Shown one piece after another: positions 1 through 13,280 of a stretch of DNA of 64,000 bases. Under the pieces are notes generated by a model. That model saw nothing but the letters and a program-made list of their open reading frames with translations, did no database searches and had not been told where the DNA came from. The position numbers and the translations under genes are program-made. The stretch is from Rhynchobatus australiae (taxonomy: Eukaryota). Position 1 is the stretch's first letter. Each line of letters starts with the position of its first letter. The stretch is taken from contig JAUZTB010000076.1 of NCBI GenBank assembly GCA_034780895.1, positions 110,836,440 to 110,900,439 of the forward strand. Direction: 5' to 3'.

Positions 1-78
1 GTATGATCGGTATGCAAGACAAGTTTTTCACTGTACCTCGGTACAAGTGACAATAATAAACCAATACCAATACCAAAA
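1..78 (+). mobile_element. 3' tail of a Rex-Babar-like LINE (truncated by the window edge)
   Basis: caagtttttcactgtacctcggtacaagtgacaataataaaccaataccaatacc closely matches the tail of the 30006-30356 copy, which retains a Rex-type ORF end. Confidence 0.6.
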
Positions 79-114
79 TCTTTGTTAGAAAGGTTTTAAA
101 GAGCATTTTGAAGG

Positions 115-597
115 AATGGTTCTGGTCACCACACTAGCAGAAGGATGTAATGTGGAGATTCACTGAGATGTTGCCTGCAATGGAATGTTTTACTTATGAT
201 GAGAGACCAGGGAGGCGAGGTCTGTTTTCCCTGGAGTGGAGGGGACATGATTGAGCTATATAAAATTGAGGGGTTATATATAGCATAGACTGCAGGAAAC
301 ATTTCCCCATATCAGAGGTGAATAAAACTAGATGACATAGATTTGGAGGGGATCTGAGGGGTACCTTTTTCATCCAGAGAGTGCTGAGTAACTGGAATGC
401 ACTGTCTGAGAGAGTGGTGGAAGCAGAGTTGCTGACAGAGTTTAAGATGTGTCAAGATGAACACTCGAATTGCCTCGGCACAGAAGGATACAGGCAAGTG
501 TTGGAAGATGAGATAAGTAGGCAAAAGTGCCCACTGGTCGGCATGTGTTTGCTGGGCCGAAAGGCCTGTAATCCATGCTGTATGAGTCTATGGTTAT
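115..597 (+). mobile_element. CR1-type LINE 3' fragment
   Basis: Decayed ORF2 end (ttctggtcaccacac..., gattcactgagatgttgcctg, ggggacatgattgagctatataaaat) plus the tail tgggccgaaggcctgt...tgctgtatgagtctatg. Similar to 57797-58426. Confidence 0.75.
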
Positions 598-599
598 GG

Positions 600-1190
600 G
601 AATGGAGGTGTTCAGGAATAAATTTTGAGAGCAAAGGATCCAGGCAGCCGAGCTAGCACTGCCAGTAGCGGGTTCGTGTAAATAGGGATGCAAAAGAGGC
701 CATTATACTAAGATGGGGAGGAGTGAGGCCATGGAAGAGATTGAAAGTAGGGATTAGAATTTTACTCAACAAAAAAAATAGAAGCAAGAGTTTGCTGTTC
801 ATCCCCTTGTGTCTGCTCTGCCATTCAATACCATTGTGACTGATCTCTTACCTCAGCTCTGTTTCCCTTCACAAATCCCATTGTATTTTGACATCCTTAA
901 ATAAAAATCAAAGAGTTGCTGGACTGGGACGGAGTGTCGGTCGGTGAACACTGGGCTGTTGAATGAGTGAGCCTTGGTGCAAATTGGAATATAGACAGTT
1001 TAGGATGAGCTCAGTTTTGGAGGCTGGAGCAATGGAGGCCATTCAGAGACGTGCTGGGCAAACTTCTTATGCAACTAGTATCTCCTTGGAGGAGGTGACA
1101 CCAGTATTGAGTGGTAGACAAGCCAGGAGAGCATCAGATCTGATATCAAGATGACAATGAGTCGATTAACCTTCACCTAAGCAGTTGACA
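600..1190 (-). mobile_element. Old LINE fragments (L2-like, with a short CR1 tail at ~775-900)
   Basis: Purine-rich decayed sequence resembling 42450-42830. Recognised by pattern only. Confidence 0.3.
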
Positions 1191-1234
1191 GGACACTGCA
1201 AATGAACATTGAAGTCTCCCACTTTAAGTAGTCC

Positions 1235-1595
1235 CCATCCCCCTTCCCCATAACAACCGCCCCACCCCCCACCATGCTTCTCTTCTTCCCTTTCCGAGCT
1301 TCTTTTTCCTTTCTCTCCTTACCTTTGACCCATCCCCCTGGTGGATCTGCTCTCCCCTTCTCCCCTGCACCTGCCTATCACTATCTCTTACCTGTATCTA
1401 TCACCACCTTGTGCCCACCCCGCCTCCCCTCTGTTGTCCACCTATCACTGCCCTGCTNNNNNNNNNNATATTGGGTTCCCCCTCTCCTATCTTCAGTCCT
1501 GAAGAAGGGTCCTGACCCCAAACATTGACCGCCTGCTTTCCTCCACGGATGCTGCCTGGCCTGCTGAGTTCCTCCAGTATGATCGTGTTTTTCAC
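1235..1595 (+). mobile_element. Penelope-like element terminal fragment
   Basis: A pyrimidine-rich tract is followed by cagtcCTGAAGAagggtcctgacccCAAACattgac (decayed minimal hammerhead motif) and ccacggatgctgcctggcctgctgagttcctccag. The latter motif is repeated at ~9150, ~13230 and ~24770. Confidence 0.55.
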
Positions 1596-2976
1596 TGCAA
1601 ATGACTTGAGTGTTTTCTAGCTGGTGAATAAAAAATATCAGCCAATGTTTCCATCCAGTGACTCTTGTTGCTGCAGCAACACCGGATTTCGGTAAGAACA
1701 AGAAGGTGTTTGGCCAGATGGCTCCCAGCAGTCAACATTCATTTTCTGGGCTCACACTTGAAGAGATTTCAACCAAATACACCATAAACATAACCCAGGA
1801 CAGGAGGGTATAAAACATAAAGTTGTAAACTCGCAAGGTCAACAGAAATGAATCTGCATCATTTGTGCTGTTCATCCAAGTTCAGGGCAGCTGAAAATGT
1901 GAGGGAGCAGCTGCCAATGTAGCAGGCAATATTTCAAGAGTGACAGTGTCTTGTTTTACAAGTGTGAACAGCCTATAAAGAGCCATGATTGACAAGTGTT
2001 CCAGGTGCCAGTGCGTCTCAAAGCTTTCTCACTGCTAAGTAAGTAAATCCAGTAAGGCACCGAGCTGGAGTGATCTGCCCAGATTTTGATGTTGCTTGTG
2101 AGGGGGATATTGAGTGTTGTTCCAATATTTAGAACGTAACGTTGAAGGGGTTTTGCTTGTTAGAGCTTGTTAGATTAAAAAATGTTGTGCATGATTGTTT
2201 GTGAAATCAGAGAGTAGGGACCTTCTCAAATTGCTGGTGTGTCCCCTATTTTTAGCTGTCCACTTTGAGGAGGAAGTGATGAAGAAGTGTCTCATTACCC
2301 TCAAATTTTTCATAGAACTGTCTTCAAGGTCATCACCCTTCTCAGGAAGCAAGTTAACAAGCACCTTTAGAACTGTTGAATATTGAAAGACTGCACAATG
2401 TAGAGTGGGGGGCTGAGGACTTAGATATATAGGATACCAGAACACAGAGTGCATGATACGACTGTCCTGAAATGGCCATGACACTGAAAGATATGCATTA
2501 ATTAGTCAGAGAATCCGAAACTCTGAGAGACTGGTAGCTTTCCTGGGATATCACTGAATGCTGGTTGAGGCACATCTGCAACATCATCATCAGGAACTTC
2601 AGACAGATCTCACAGCATACGGAATCTCTGCCTGCATACCAAGGAGCACAAAGACTGGGGTATGCTGCTTTATGGTGAGAGTTACTACTCCATTTGTTCC
2701 ATGAGGCTGCACCAAAGCCCTACAGGCATGTCACCGGTGGGATTACAGCTCAAGGAACTTCAGGACCACTGTGTCAAAGGTTCAGAATAATCCAACTCCA
2801 AAAGATACATGGAACACCAGGGCACAGCAGCATGAAAAGCAGTACAAGGCGATTCACGAATAATATTGTTTTTTTTCATTTGTAGTAAGGTTGACTGGTC
2901 GCTGTTTCTCAGCTGCACTCTTTTTCTTATTATCTGATCTGTTCACTTGTTTTACTGTATTCAAGGAATAAATAAA

Positions 2977-3220
2977 GGGGCAGCACGGTAGCATTGCAGT
3001 TAGCGCGACACTATTACAGCGCCAGCGATCGGGGTTTGATTCCTGTCGCTGTCTGTGAGGAGTTTGTATGCTCTCCCATGTCTGTGTGGGTTTCCTCCGG
3101 ATACTCCGGTTTCCTCCCACATTCTAAAGACATACAGGTTGGTTAATATGGGGTTTAAAATGAGCAGCGCGGAATCATTGGGCTGGAAGGACCTGTTACC
3201 ACGCTGTAAGTAAAAAAAAA
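2977..3220 (+). mobile_element. tRNA-derived V-domain SINE with CR1-type tail
   Basis: Head ggggcagcacggtagc, B-box-like ggtttgattcc, V-domain core ggagtttgtatgctctcccatgtctgtgtgggtttcctccgg...ggtttcctcccacatt, tail gggctggaaggacctgttacc, then an A-run. Confidence 0.85.
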
Positions 3221-3892
3221 TACATGTATATCCTACATCCTATCTAACATCTTGGCCAATTTTTAAGATTTTGTCTAACTTTCAAATAATTTAGTTGAGG
3301 AATCCCAGAGGTCCTTCAAGAGCAGTTGTTGCTGGATTTGCAGCCTGGATTCTGCTTGCGCTGTCAGTGAGTGCTCCTTGCTAGTGTTTCAGTAGGGTGG
3401 TTTCCCACGGTCACTTCATGACAGTTGCATTTGTGGTCCTGTTCTCACCAGCAGTCCTTCGCGGAACCTACAATTAAAGCTCTGTGACCAATACTAACTG
3501 CAAATCAAGTTCATGAGAAATGACAACTTGTTTCTGAAAGTTTAGTCTGCACTGAACTTTTGAGAACTTTAAACCCCGTGAAGTTAATGATGCCAATTCC
3601 CCAGGTGTGTCCTGGTTCTTCCAGGAATTAAATTGAATATCCTGGACTTTGCCAAAAGCAACACAGAATAATAAAGTAGGATTTTTTTACAAATGCTTTC
3701 TCTTATTCTATATTCATTCAATGCTTTAATTTATTGGCAGAGGAATTGTGACAACAGGGAACAATGGATTTTAATTGGATCCCAGCAAATTTGCCAACCC
3801 CCAAACTGAGTCTCCACATTTTGCAAACCTCTGCCTTCTGTGTGTTCACTGTGTGAACATTTCATCCTATAATATTCTTGTTGTTTTTAGAT

Positions 3893-6240
3893 TATTCATT
3901 TTTAGGATCTGGGAACTGCTGATGAGCCAGCATTTATTGCCCATCCATGATTGAGCAACTCCTCTGCCGACACCCCTGAGCCTTTTGAGGGAGGTCCTGA
4001 GTCACCATCTTAAGCTGCTGCAACCTTTCTGGTGGAGGTACAGCCAGATCGTTGTTGGTAGGCAGCCTTGGGATTTGGACCCAGTGATGATGAAGAACTG
4101 GCAGTATATTTCCAAGTCAGGATGGTGTGTGAATTGGAGGGGAACCTGCAGATAATGTTCCTATGTAGTTCTGCCCTTGTCCTAGGTAGTAGAACTCATG
4201 AATTTGGGAAGTGCACTGGACATTGTCCGGGTGAGTAACCGATGCATTTTGCAGATCATACACACTGTGAATATACACCATATAGAACATACACCAGGTG
4301 AATGGAATGAATATTAAGTGTAGTGGACAGGGTCCCAAACAAGCAAGTTGCTTTATCCTAAACAGTGTTGGGCTTCTTGAGAGTTGTTAGAGACTCCTTT
4401 ATACAAGCAAGTGGAAGAGTATCCCATCGCACTCCTGACTTGTGTGTTGTGTATGGTGAAAAGGCTCAGGGGTGTCGGCAGAGGAGTTGCTCATCACAGG
4501 ATACCCAGATACCCAGCCCCTAACTTTTTTTTGTAGCCCTGATATTTATTGAACCAGTCGAATGTTTGATCAATGCTGATGCCCAGGATGTTGTTTGTGG
4601 GGAACTCGATGGTAATGTTATTGAATATAAAAGGTAGATGGTCAGACTCTCTCTTGTTGGAGATGGTCATTATCAGTCACTTCTGTGGCACAAGTGTTAC
4701 TTGCCACTTATCAGCAAATGCCTAAATGTTACCTAGACCTTGCTATGTGTGGGTGCAGACTTGTTATTTGCTCAGGAGTTGCAAGCAGAACTGAAGTTTG
4801 TGTGATTATCAATAAATATCTGACCTTATGAAGGAAGGAGGGTCATTAGGTCATCTGAAGATAGCTGTGCCTAGAGTACTGCCCTGAGGAACTCCTGCAG
4901 TGATGTCTTCAAGTTGGGTTCATTGACCTTCAACAACAATGGCCATTTTCCTTTGTGTGAGATTTGATTCCAAATATTAAAGTTTTATCCCCATTGATAT
5001 CCATTGACTTCAGTGTTACCAGGGTTCCTTGATGTTACATTGGTCAGATGCAGTCTTAATATCAAGAGTCACTCTCAACTGAATTTGATTCTTTGGTCCA
5101 TGTTGTGAATAAAAAATACCTGAGCAATTTTCCACACTACTGGGGACAGGGGTGCCGGTGTTAGAACTATACTGGAACAGTTTGGTTAATGGAATGGCTA
5201 GATTTGGAACACATGTCTTTATTATTGAAACTGGCATGTTTTCTGGTCTCATGCCCTTTGTATCTGGTGCTGTCAGCCATTCCTTAATATCATGTGGAGC
5301 GAAGCCAATTGGCTGAGGACTGGATTCTGTGACAGTGGGGATCCCAGGAGGAAATCCAGGTGAATTATCAGCTTGCCACTTCTTGCTGAACATGGTAGTG
5401 AATGCTTCTACCTTTAGCACTTTTATTCTAGACTTCACCATTATTGAAATGGGGATATTCTTGGAGTCTAACCTTTCCATTAACTGTTTAATTCTTCCAC
5501 CTCCAGTCATATGTGACACAAGTTTTGATCTGATATACGAATTGTGGGATTGCGTAGCTTTACCCGTTCCATGCCTTTTTTTTTGCTGCTTAGCATGCAT
5601 GGCATCAGAATTTGTACTTCATCGGATTGGCACCTTAATTCTTGGTGTGCCTCATGCTGTTTTTGACATGCCCTTCTGTACTTCTCGTTGAACCAGAATT
5701 GATCCCCTGGCCCCTGGCCTGTTCGTAAGTGTGGGTGTTACGCTGGGCCACGAGGTGGTTTATATTTCTGCTATGATGATGGTCCCCAGCACTCACTGAT
5801 ACTCACTTCTGACCTACCAGATTTTTTTTGATTCACCACAACTGTGGTGACACACAACAAGGTGCCAGGTGTTTTTGGTGTGAAGACAGGGATGACAATT
5901 CTCCTGCATGAGAGCCATGCGGTGGTCATTTCTACCTGTGCTGTCATGGACAAAGACATCTGCCACTCATCGGTATCATCTTGAGTTATCCCTCACGTTG
6001 GTCCAAACTGGCATCTGTTGTTCAGGACTCGGCTGGCTTGTCGGTGATGGTACTACCAAGTTGCGGTTGGTTATGGATCTTGAAGTCCTTCACCTAGAGT
6101 ACATTCTGTGCCCTTGCTACTTTCAATGGTTCTTGCAAGTGCTGTTCAACATAAAGGTGTGCAGGTTTATTACAGCTGAGAGAGGACAGTAGATGGTAAT
6201 TGGTAGAAGGACTGCTTGCCCATGTTTGACTGATGTCATG
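3893..6240 (-). mobile_element. Decayed LINE (CR1/L2 group), ~2.3 kb
   Basis: Minus-strand ORF 5016-5600 contains FAPHDIKEWL..DTKGMRPENMPVSIIKTCVPNLAIPLTKLFQYS, a decayed form of the K(A/S)xGPDxIPxxxLK motif that precedes LINE RT domains. The 3' tail (reverse complement of gccagcatttattgcccatcc) is at ~3925-3945. Confidence 0.75.
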
Positions 6241-6410
6241 AAAAATACAAGTTATTATTTAGATGGAGCGAAACAGCATAATGTTGTGGTACAAATGGAT
6301 CCCGGAGTCCTGGTACAAGAAACACAAAAAGCTGACTTGCTAGTACTGGAAGTAATTAGAAACATGAGTAAAATGTTGGCCTAGATTGCAAGGGGTAAGG
6401 AATATTAAGT
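6240..6410 (+). mobile_element. CR1 ORF2 fragment
   Basis: Reads YYLDGAK..VVQMDPGVLVQETQK..VIRNMSKMLA, resembling the CR1 motif ERDLGVLV..KANxMLG. Confidence 0.55.
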
Positions 6411-6469
6411 GGATTTCTGGCTTGGAGAAAAGTTGAGTAGGTTAGGATTATACTTATTTGTGAATGAGA

Positions 6470-6690
6470 AGTGATATTCCAGGCTTCAGTGAACCAGATG
6501 GGATTTTTGCAACAATCCAGTAGTTCCGTCTGTTCTTTACCAATGATACATTTGTATTTCTCTGAATTCCAAATTATTAACTGGATCCAATTTCTACTAC
6601 TGCCAAGGTGGGATTTCACTTGGAGTCTCTGGATTGTTTGTCAGGCCTCTGGATTACTAGTCCAGTAGTTTAACTGCAGCGGGCATTTGT
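6470..6690 (-). mobile_element. Old tRNA-derived SINE
   Basis: Similar to the reverse complement of 33740-34045 (aaatcccacc.tggcag; gaactactggattgttgcaaaaa...ggttcact). Confidence 0.5.
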
Positions 6691-9104
6691 CACTATAGTA
6701 ATTTACATTTGTGTTGCTCACATGATCAACAGCTCTGGAAATCAGTGAACAGAGTAATCTTCAGGATGTTGGAGTGTCACAGGTTCTTACTGAATTTAAC
6801 TTTTCATTTACTGGATGCAAAATGGGAAATTATGATTGTTAACTTGTGAGAAATTATACAGAGCAGATATTTACGTCCTCTTATCTGATATTTACTTTCC
6901 AAACTGCAATAAAATAGCAACTGATATTTTTATGATAGATGACACATACTGCTGCAGGAGATGTTGGAATCTATTAAAGATAAATCTTTATTTGTCTTTC
7001 TGGAAAAAAATGAGATGAAAGAATGATGTAAACTACAGAAGTACTGGTACTGAGCAGTCAAACTTCAACGTGCCCCACAGCCCAAGACTGGGCATGATCT
7101 TTCAGTACATTTACATTTAACCTACAGAATGCAGTAGGCCCAGGAGGTAGGCCACAATGTGACTATACAGACCCCTGACCTTTCCTTCCTGTACCCTGGC
7201 ATCTTGTTTGCCTCCTCCGCCAATACTTGCAAAGCAAGGTTTCACATTCCAGAGGCAACATGTTTCTTGTAAGAGGACACCACGATAGTAACTTCTCTTC
7301 AGCAAGCCTCTTACCTAGGTGGCACCTGCACATCCTTCCCAGGTTATGACCGCCCAATATGAACAACCCATACATATGAGCGAGTGCGTGGGAGACCAGC
7401 GAGATGGATTTGCCGGCCGCTGTGGGCTGCAGGCACCTTCTGCCATGTGGGAACTTGGTTTGCTGCAATATCTGGATGGTTGAATTGAATGCCCTGGTTT
7501 AACTACATATTGACCTTGGTTGACGCCTATGTTTTTATTTAAATACATTGCCAGTTGGCTACATTTCTGACTTGTAAACTGTTTGGATTATGAACAGTTC
7601 TCAGGAACAGAACCCTGTTATAACTGGGGGAGGGCCCATAGTGAACCAGTTTTAAAAACAAAAGGCAGTACTGATCATTAAGGTGGGGGCGGTCAGGCTC
7701 CTCTAGTTGCCCTGTGGTGTCTTAGCCATATAGTATTGGCATCTGAGTATTACACAAGAAATGTCACAAGCTACTTCTGTTGCAGGGATGTCACATCTTT
7801 GCCTGATTCAACACTCAATCAACACTCATGAATTGTTTGCTAATGAACAGGGGCAGGAAGCATGGCTCGCCACTGTCAAATGATTCAACTATTTCACGAG
7901 GGATTTTTATTCATTGTTGAGTTACTTGGGGGATGAAAGGTGAGTCACTGACACTGTACCAATTAAATCAACAAGTCAAGCAATGACTCTGGATCAAACT
8001 AATGACACATCTGGGCTCTTATGCCAAAGGGCTCTTCCAATCAACTAAATATCTGAGCTATAGGAATAGCAACGTTGTATCTTCAGAATATTTTGGTTCA
8101 GGTTTTTCTTTCTTGCAATATAAAACCATTACTGATATATTCTGCTGTGACAGGAGCAAATAGAAGCTCTCGCCAGACACTTTCTCTGACTAGGACCTTC
8201 GCTTGTGCCTGCATGCAATTAACATTCTCATGAAATTATAAAATTATAGCAGCTGAAAAGATTCATAATTTCTTTTCATTCAGCCATATATTGAATCTGT
8301 TAAAGCAATGGCATTTATAAGGTAGGCATGTATATAACAGGAATTCCAATGAACATTGCTTTATAAATGAGTCAACCTACCACTCACCACCCTCAATAAT
8401 TAACTGTACTTTTACACCTTTCACATGCTACAAAATACTTTACTGCATGCACCAATGTACTCTAGTTTTTACACTTCTTTGTCCTGTCTCTGTGCCATGG
8501 ATGGTTTTGTTAGGTATTTATGTGAAGAGAAATAAAATAATGATTAGGATCAGTGAGAACACTTTTTATTGTAAGTAAGAATCCTGTTCAGTATACAGCA
8601 TTTGCTTCTAGTGACATTTTTCATGTAGGTCATAAATAAATTGATCAAAGTTAAACAAAACATTGATTACACTTTATTCTGAAATTACTCCTAATTCCTA
8701 CATGTTTAGAGAGTATCTTATCTGTGGTGTAGTTGTAGTAAAGTACATTCTGTATATTCCTAAAGACCATCAGATCCTTCTGATCTCAGACAATAGATGG
8801 TTTTGATAGCCTTGACAGAGACTGCTTATAAATAGTTGTAGACTCTTATGAAGGTCAGGGAATGGATATACAGTAATGTTGTTGGAAAAATATGAAGTAG
8901 GGTAACTATGTAGCATTGTGTAAGAAGAAGACAAAGAAAAGAAAAAAGCAATTTAGTAGGCTGAGCCCAGCAGTTTCAATTGTAATCAACAGCAAAGCAT
9001 CACTGAGTTTATCAGATGGTGTATTTAACTACTTCCATTAAATCTGACAAAATTTGTAATCGTTTGATTCCTGCATCTGGAACTTCTATATTCTATAAAA
9101 ACAG

Positions 9105-9225
9105 ATCCACAAAAGAATATTGACCTGAGATATTCACTCAGTTTCTCTCTCTCCACAGATGCTGCTTGACCACCATTTTCTATTTTCATTTCAGATTTCC
9201 AGAGACTGCAGCTTTTTTTTTGCTT
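9105..9225 (+). repeat. Penelope-like terminal fragment
   Basis: tttctctctctccacagatgctgcttgacc...ttttcatttcagatttccag, shared with 1540-1590, 13220-13275 and 24760-24825. Confidence 0.5.
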
Positions 9226-12200
9226 TTCCAGGTCATGCTCATTCCTGGCACACAAGGACTACAGATTTTGTCCATTACTACATAACTCTTTTAACAATAG
9301 CCTTTTACTGTGTTAGCACATAGCCATCTCATAATTCAAGATCCATTCCCTAACAGCATCAAAAAATTCACTGAGAATTCAAGTATTCCATTGCCATATA
9401 TTTGGTGGTAGCTTGGCAGAAACTTCATTTATGTAAGTAAGATTTCCATCCTCAATTTCAGCACTAAAATGGGAGAACCACCAAGGAAATTCCAAGTGTA
9501 TATATTCATTTTTCCCTTGGATGATTTGATACTTCATGATATGATTTTGCTGGACTCTGTTTCATTGCTCTATGGAAAAAAATGAAAAAAAAAACAATTT
9601 CTCATCTCAGGAGGGATTTGTTAATTTTTTTAACCAATGGCCATTTATAGTACAAGCCAAACTGGATGCATGGCTGTGTTTGCGCACAGTCACTGGAAAC
9701 AATGGGGTGATTTTATGTTCCAGTACCACCAACCCTGCCCCCCCCACCCCTTGTGGGAAAATCAGTGAATCACCTGTAAGCACTTTGGAATTAATCTCCT
9801 TTATTTATATGTCATCTATTTTTTCGACATTACAGTTTACAAACTTAAATATTTGTCAACCAGGATTGTTATTTCAGACCTTTCAGATCTCAGTGAGACA
9901 ATAAAATCGCAACAACAAAAGCCCGTAAGTGTATTTTGGGGTGTTTTCAAAGTAGGAGCCCATTGTCTTGATTTCTTTGGTAAATATCACAATTCACAAG
10001 TAACAGTGTTTCCGTACTTAAAACGGTCAACATTGAGGTAGTGAGACCACCAACTGTAACAATTGGCAACTATGTAACTTTTCTGGAAGAGGTGGTTCCT
10101 TCACTTCATCAACTGTAAGAATTTGGCATTTACACCTCGACTTCCTACTGTGGTGTTTACTTATAACCTTGAAGCACTTTTCCCTCATTTGTTTTATCTT
10201 TAATGGCTCAGTTTTCATGCTAGTACATGCTTCACTTTGCTGACTAACTTTTTCTCCAAATGCTAACTCGGTCTAGAATTTAAGCCAACAGCTTGTGGTG
10301 CTTTGTTTTCCATGTATGCATAAAGACACTTTTTTATTTTTATAAATTATGAATACATATACAAATGACACTCCCTGCTTTGGGAAGCCTGAGAATGTAT
10401 CGCTGTTCTTTCGCTCTCACTGGGTGAGTCTTCCAAAATTTCTCACTTCCACCATGCTGGGTCCACTATCGAGACAGAACTGTAGTTTTAAGGACAGTGC
10501 TCTCCAACCTCAGCCCATAGCAATTGTGATGGGCAATAAATGTGGTCTTATTAGTGGTATTCATTTTCCAGAATGAAGTAAAACCACACTATTAAGAATT
10601 GCAGTTCCCAGAGAGACACATGGAACCATAATTATTTAATGATACCGATGATGATAATGGTAAAGTTTAATCTTTTAAAGGGCTACAAATTTTTCCTGTA
10701 TTCCTCAATAGTCTCATTACGTTTATTGTCCTTATTTTATCCCTGTTTCATTTCCTATGGACACTCAGCCAAACCACATTAAATTCTTAGCTTCCTTAGC
10801 CAGAACAAATTTTTGTGGGTTATTTTGTTATCCCATCTGGCACAGTCACAGAATGCTTTACTCTGAGCATAATGCTGTCTTCATTCTATTTTCCTACAGT
10901 TTTATATGTGTTATTCAAGTTCAATCATTTGTCTCGGTTACCCTTGCTCCTTTTACCTGGTGATGGCAATTTTGAACAACATGATACCTTGCCCAAGCCA
11001 CACACAGTGTAAAACTAACAGAATCCTGCAGAAAAGAGAGTAGCCACTTTTTAAATTAATTACAAGGACTTGAAATATACAACCACAAACAAAAGTTCAC
11101 ATGACCCATATATAAATCCTGATTACAGCTGACAGACAACATGTTGAATTATTATTCTACAAACTGCATTTAAGTTGTTTCCAATTCTCAGATTGCATGA
11201 ACCGCTCGTTCACAAAAATTAAATTTGTTTTCTTGCATATCATCTATTACAGGGAAAAGATCAACAGAATGAATCCAAATGGTGCTTTGAAAGAAAGAAA
11301 GCAAGAATTAGCATTTGGAGACACAAGAGACTGAGTTACTGACCTCTGCAAAGTATGGCATATTATTGTTGCCAGTTGAAATAAAAGGACAAATGGGACT
11401 TGATTTGGTCCGCTGCCTTGACTCCCTATCTCCATGCACTTCCCACATACATAATAACCTCGAACAACTGGATGCATGGGTCCAATCCCAGAGTTGGATG
11501 GCGAGGCCTAGCACATCCTCAGCAGGAGTAAGCCTCACCTGATGTCTTATAGAGGCCTCACTGTGGATATCCTGACGNNNNNNNNNNNNNNNNNNNNNNN
11601 NNNNNNNNNNNNNNNNNNNNNNNNNNNNNNNNNNNNNNNNNNNNNNNNNNNNNNNNNNNNNNNNNNNNNNNNNNNNNTTGATATCCTGACTTTCATTGCT
11701 GTCTAGGGTTTTGTAGAGTTTGTAAGTACCTCCAATTGTCAAATACTTTTTACAAACTGAACAAATAGATATATTCTTTAAAATTATTTAAACTTAAGGA
11801 AAATAAAAAATACTAACAAATAATAAAAACTTTAAATCAAATAACTTAAGCATGTAACTGTATTTGCCTTTCTTCACAGGCTTTCTCACTTAAATCAAAT
11901 TGCTCCCTGAAGTAATGCCAAGGGATCAGATGCAAAGTGCATCAACTCTTTCAATTCTCTGTCATTGGATTCACTGGTGGACCAGGTGGAAACTGGTAGG
12001 CCAATGCAATCAGTGATGATGATTTTGCTGCAAGTCTCATCAGTGAATATGCTTCTGAAGTTGGAACCTTATTGGCTAATGGACATGGGAATCCTTTAGC
12101 TGCACCACTTCTAGTGCGACTCTGTGGCACTTTTCATGTGCAACCTGGAGATGCTTTCGTGGCTTTTGCTTGAAGCTGTTGCATACTGATCTTATCAAGG

Positions 12201-12269
12201 ACTTGCAGTATTAATAACAGCCCACTGGATACAGTTCTTCAGATTGACTTTGAAGCAGTTGTACTTCAT

Positions 12270-13165
12270 CCAGGGGATGGTGAAGCTTAGTCCTCTACCC
12301 CAGTGGGCTGTGAGGGTTCAGTCGCTGAGTTAAGACAGAGATTGATACATTGCCGGATACTTAGGGAATTGGGGGATAAAGGGGTGATTTAGGGAAATGG
12401 CACAGAGGCCATGATCTACAGGATTTGAGTAGTGACAGGGGAGTTCTGCAGATGTTCAGCATTAACACTGACTCTCTAAATCAATATATAGAGCATTCAA
12501 AGTTGGCACAGTTCTCTTGAAGTTGGTAACATCAAGCTGTAAGTATCAGAACAGGAGAAGGCCATTTGGCCTCTTACATCTTCTCCACCATTCAATAAAA
12601 ACAAGGCTTATCTTTTAAGTCAGCACCATTTTCTTACAGTAAGCCCATATCCTCTAATACTCTTATTGTCCTCTGACCTCTGCCCTGAATATGTTCCGTG
12701 ACTGAGCCTCCACACTGTTTGGGTTACAACTCCAAAATTTCACCTCCATTTTGGTGAAGGTATTTCTTCTCATTTCAGTCCTGAATGACCTGCCCCTTAT
12801 GTTGAGACAGTGAAGCCTGATTTTCAACATTTCAGCCAGGAGAAACTCCTCGTCCATTCTGTCAAATCCATTAAGAACTTTGCACATTTCAATGAAATCA
12901 ACTCTCATGTTCCTGAACTCAAGAATTTAGGCCCAGTCTATTTAATCTCTCCTCGTTTGATAAACTGTCATCCCAGGAACAAACCTGGTGAACTTTTGCT
13001 GCATTCTGTCGATTGCAAAAATACCTGCCCTTCGGTAGGGAGACCACACGTGTACACAATATTCCACCTGTAGTCTCACCAAGACTCTATGTAACTGGAG
13101 CAAGACTCGAACTCAAATCTTCTTGGAATAACAGCCAATATACCATTTTTTCCATATATTTTTGG
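12270..13165. mobile_element. Cluster of CR1 3' fragments (+ strand ~12270-12430; - strand ~12540-13165)
   Basis: Minus-strand ORF 12663-12908 (RVDFIEMCKVLNGFDRMD...IRGRSFRTEMRRNTFT..VKFW) is a typical CR1 ORF2 C-terminus. Confidence 0.75.
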
Positions 13166-13182
13166 CTGAACCTACATATTAA

Positions 13183-13280
13183 CACTGAGGAAGTGTCTCT
13201 GACCCGATATGCTGACTAGTTTCTCTTTGCAGAGATGCTGCTTGACTGGCTGAGTTCTTTCAACATTTCTGTTTTACTAC
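13183..13280 (+). repeat. Penelope-like terminal fragment with hammerhead-like remnant
   Basis: aCTGAGGAagtgtctctgacccGATAtgctgact followed by agatgctgcttgactggctgagttctttcaacatttctgtttt. Confidence 0.5.

Noticed and set aside
5016-5600. 194-aa ORF as a host gene
   Set aside because: It is a remnant of a decayed LINE ORF2 with frameshifts on both sides.
7150-7640. Possible RTE 5' end (WNV-like motif on the minus strand) and a Tigger-like terminal repeat at ~7560-7635
   Set aside because: The similarity is too short and degenerate to support without a database search.
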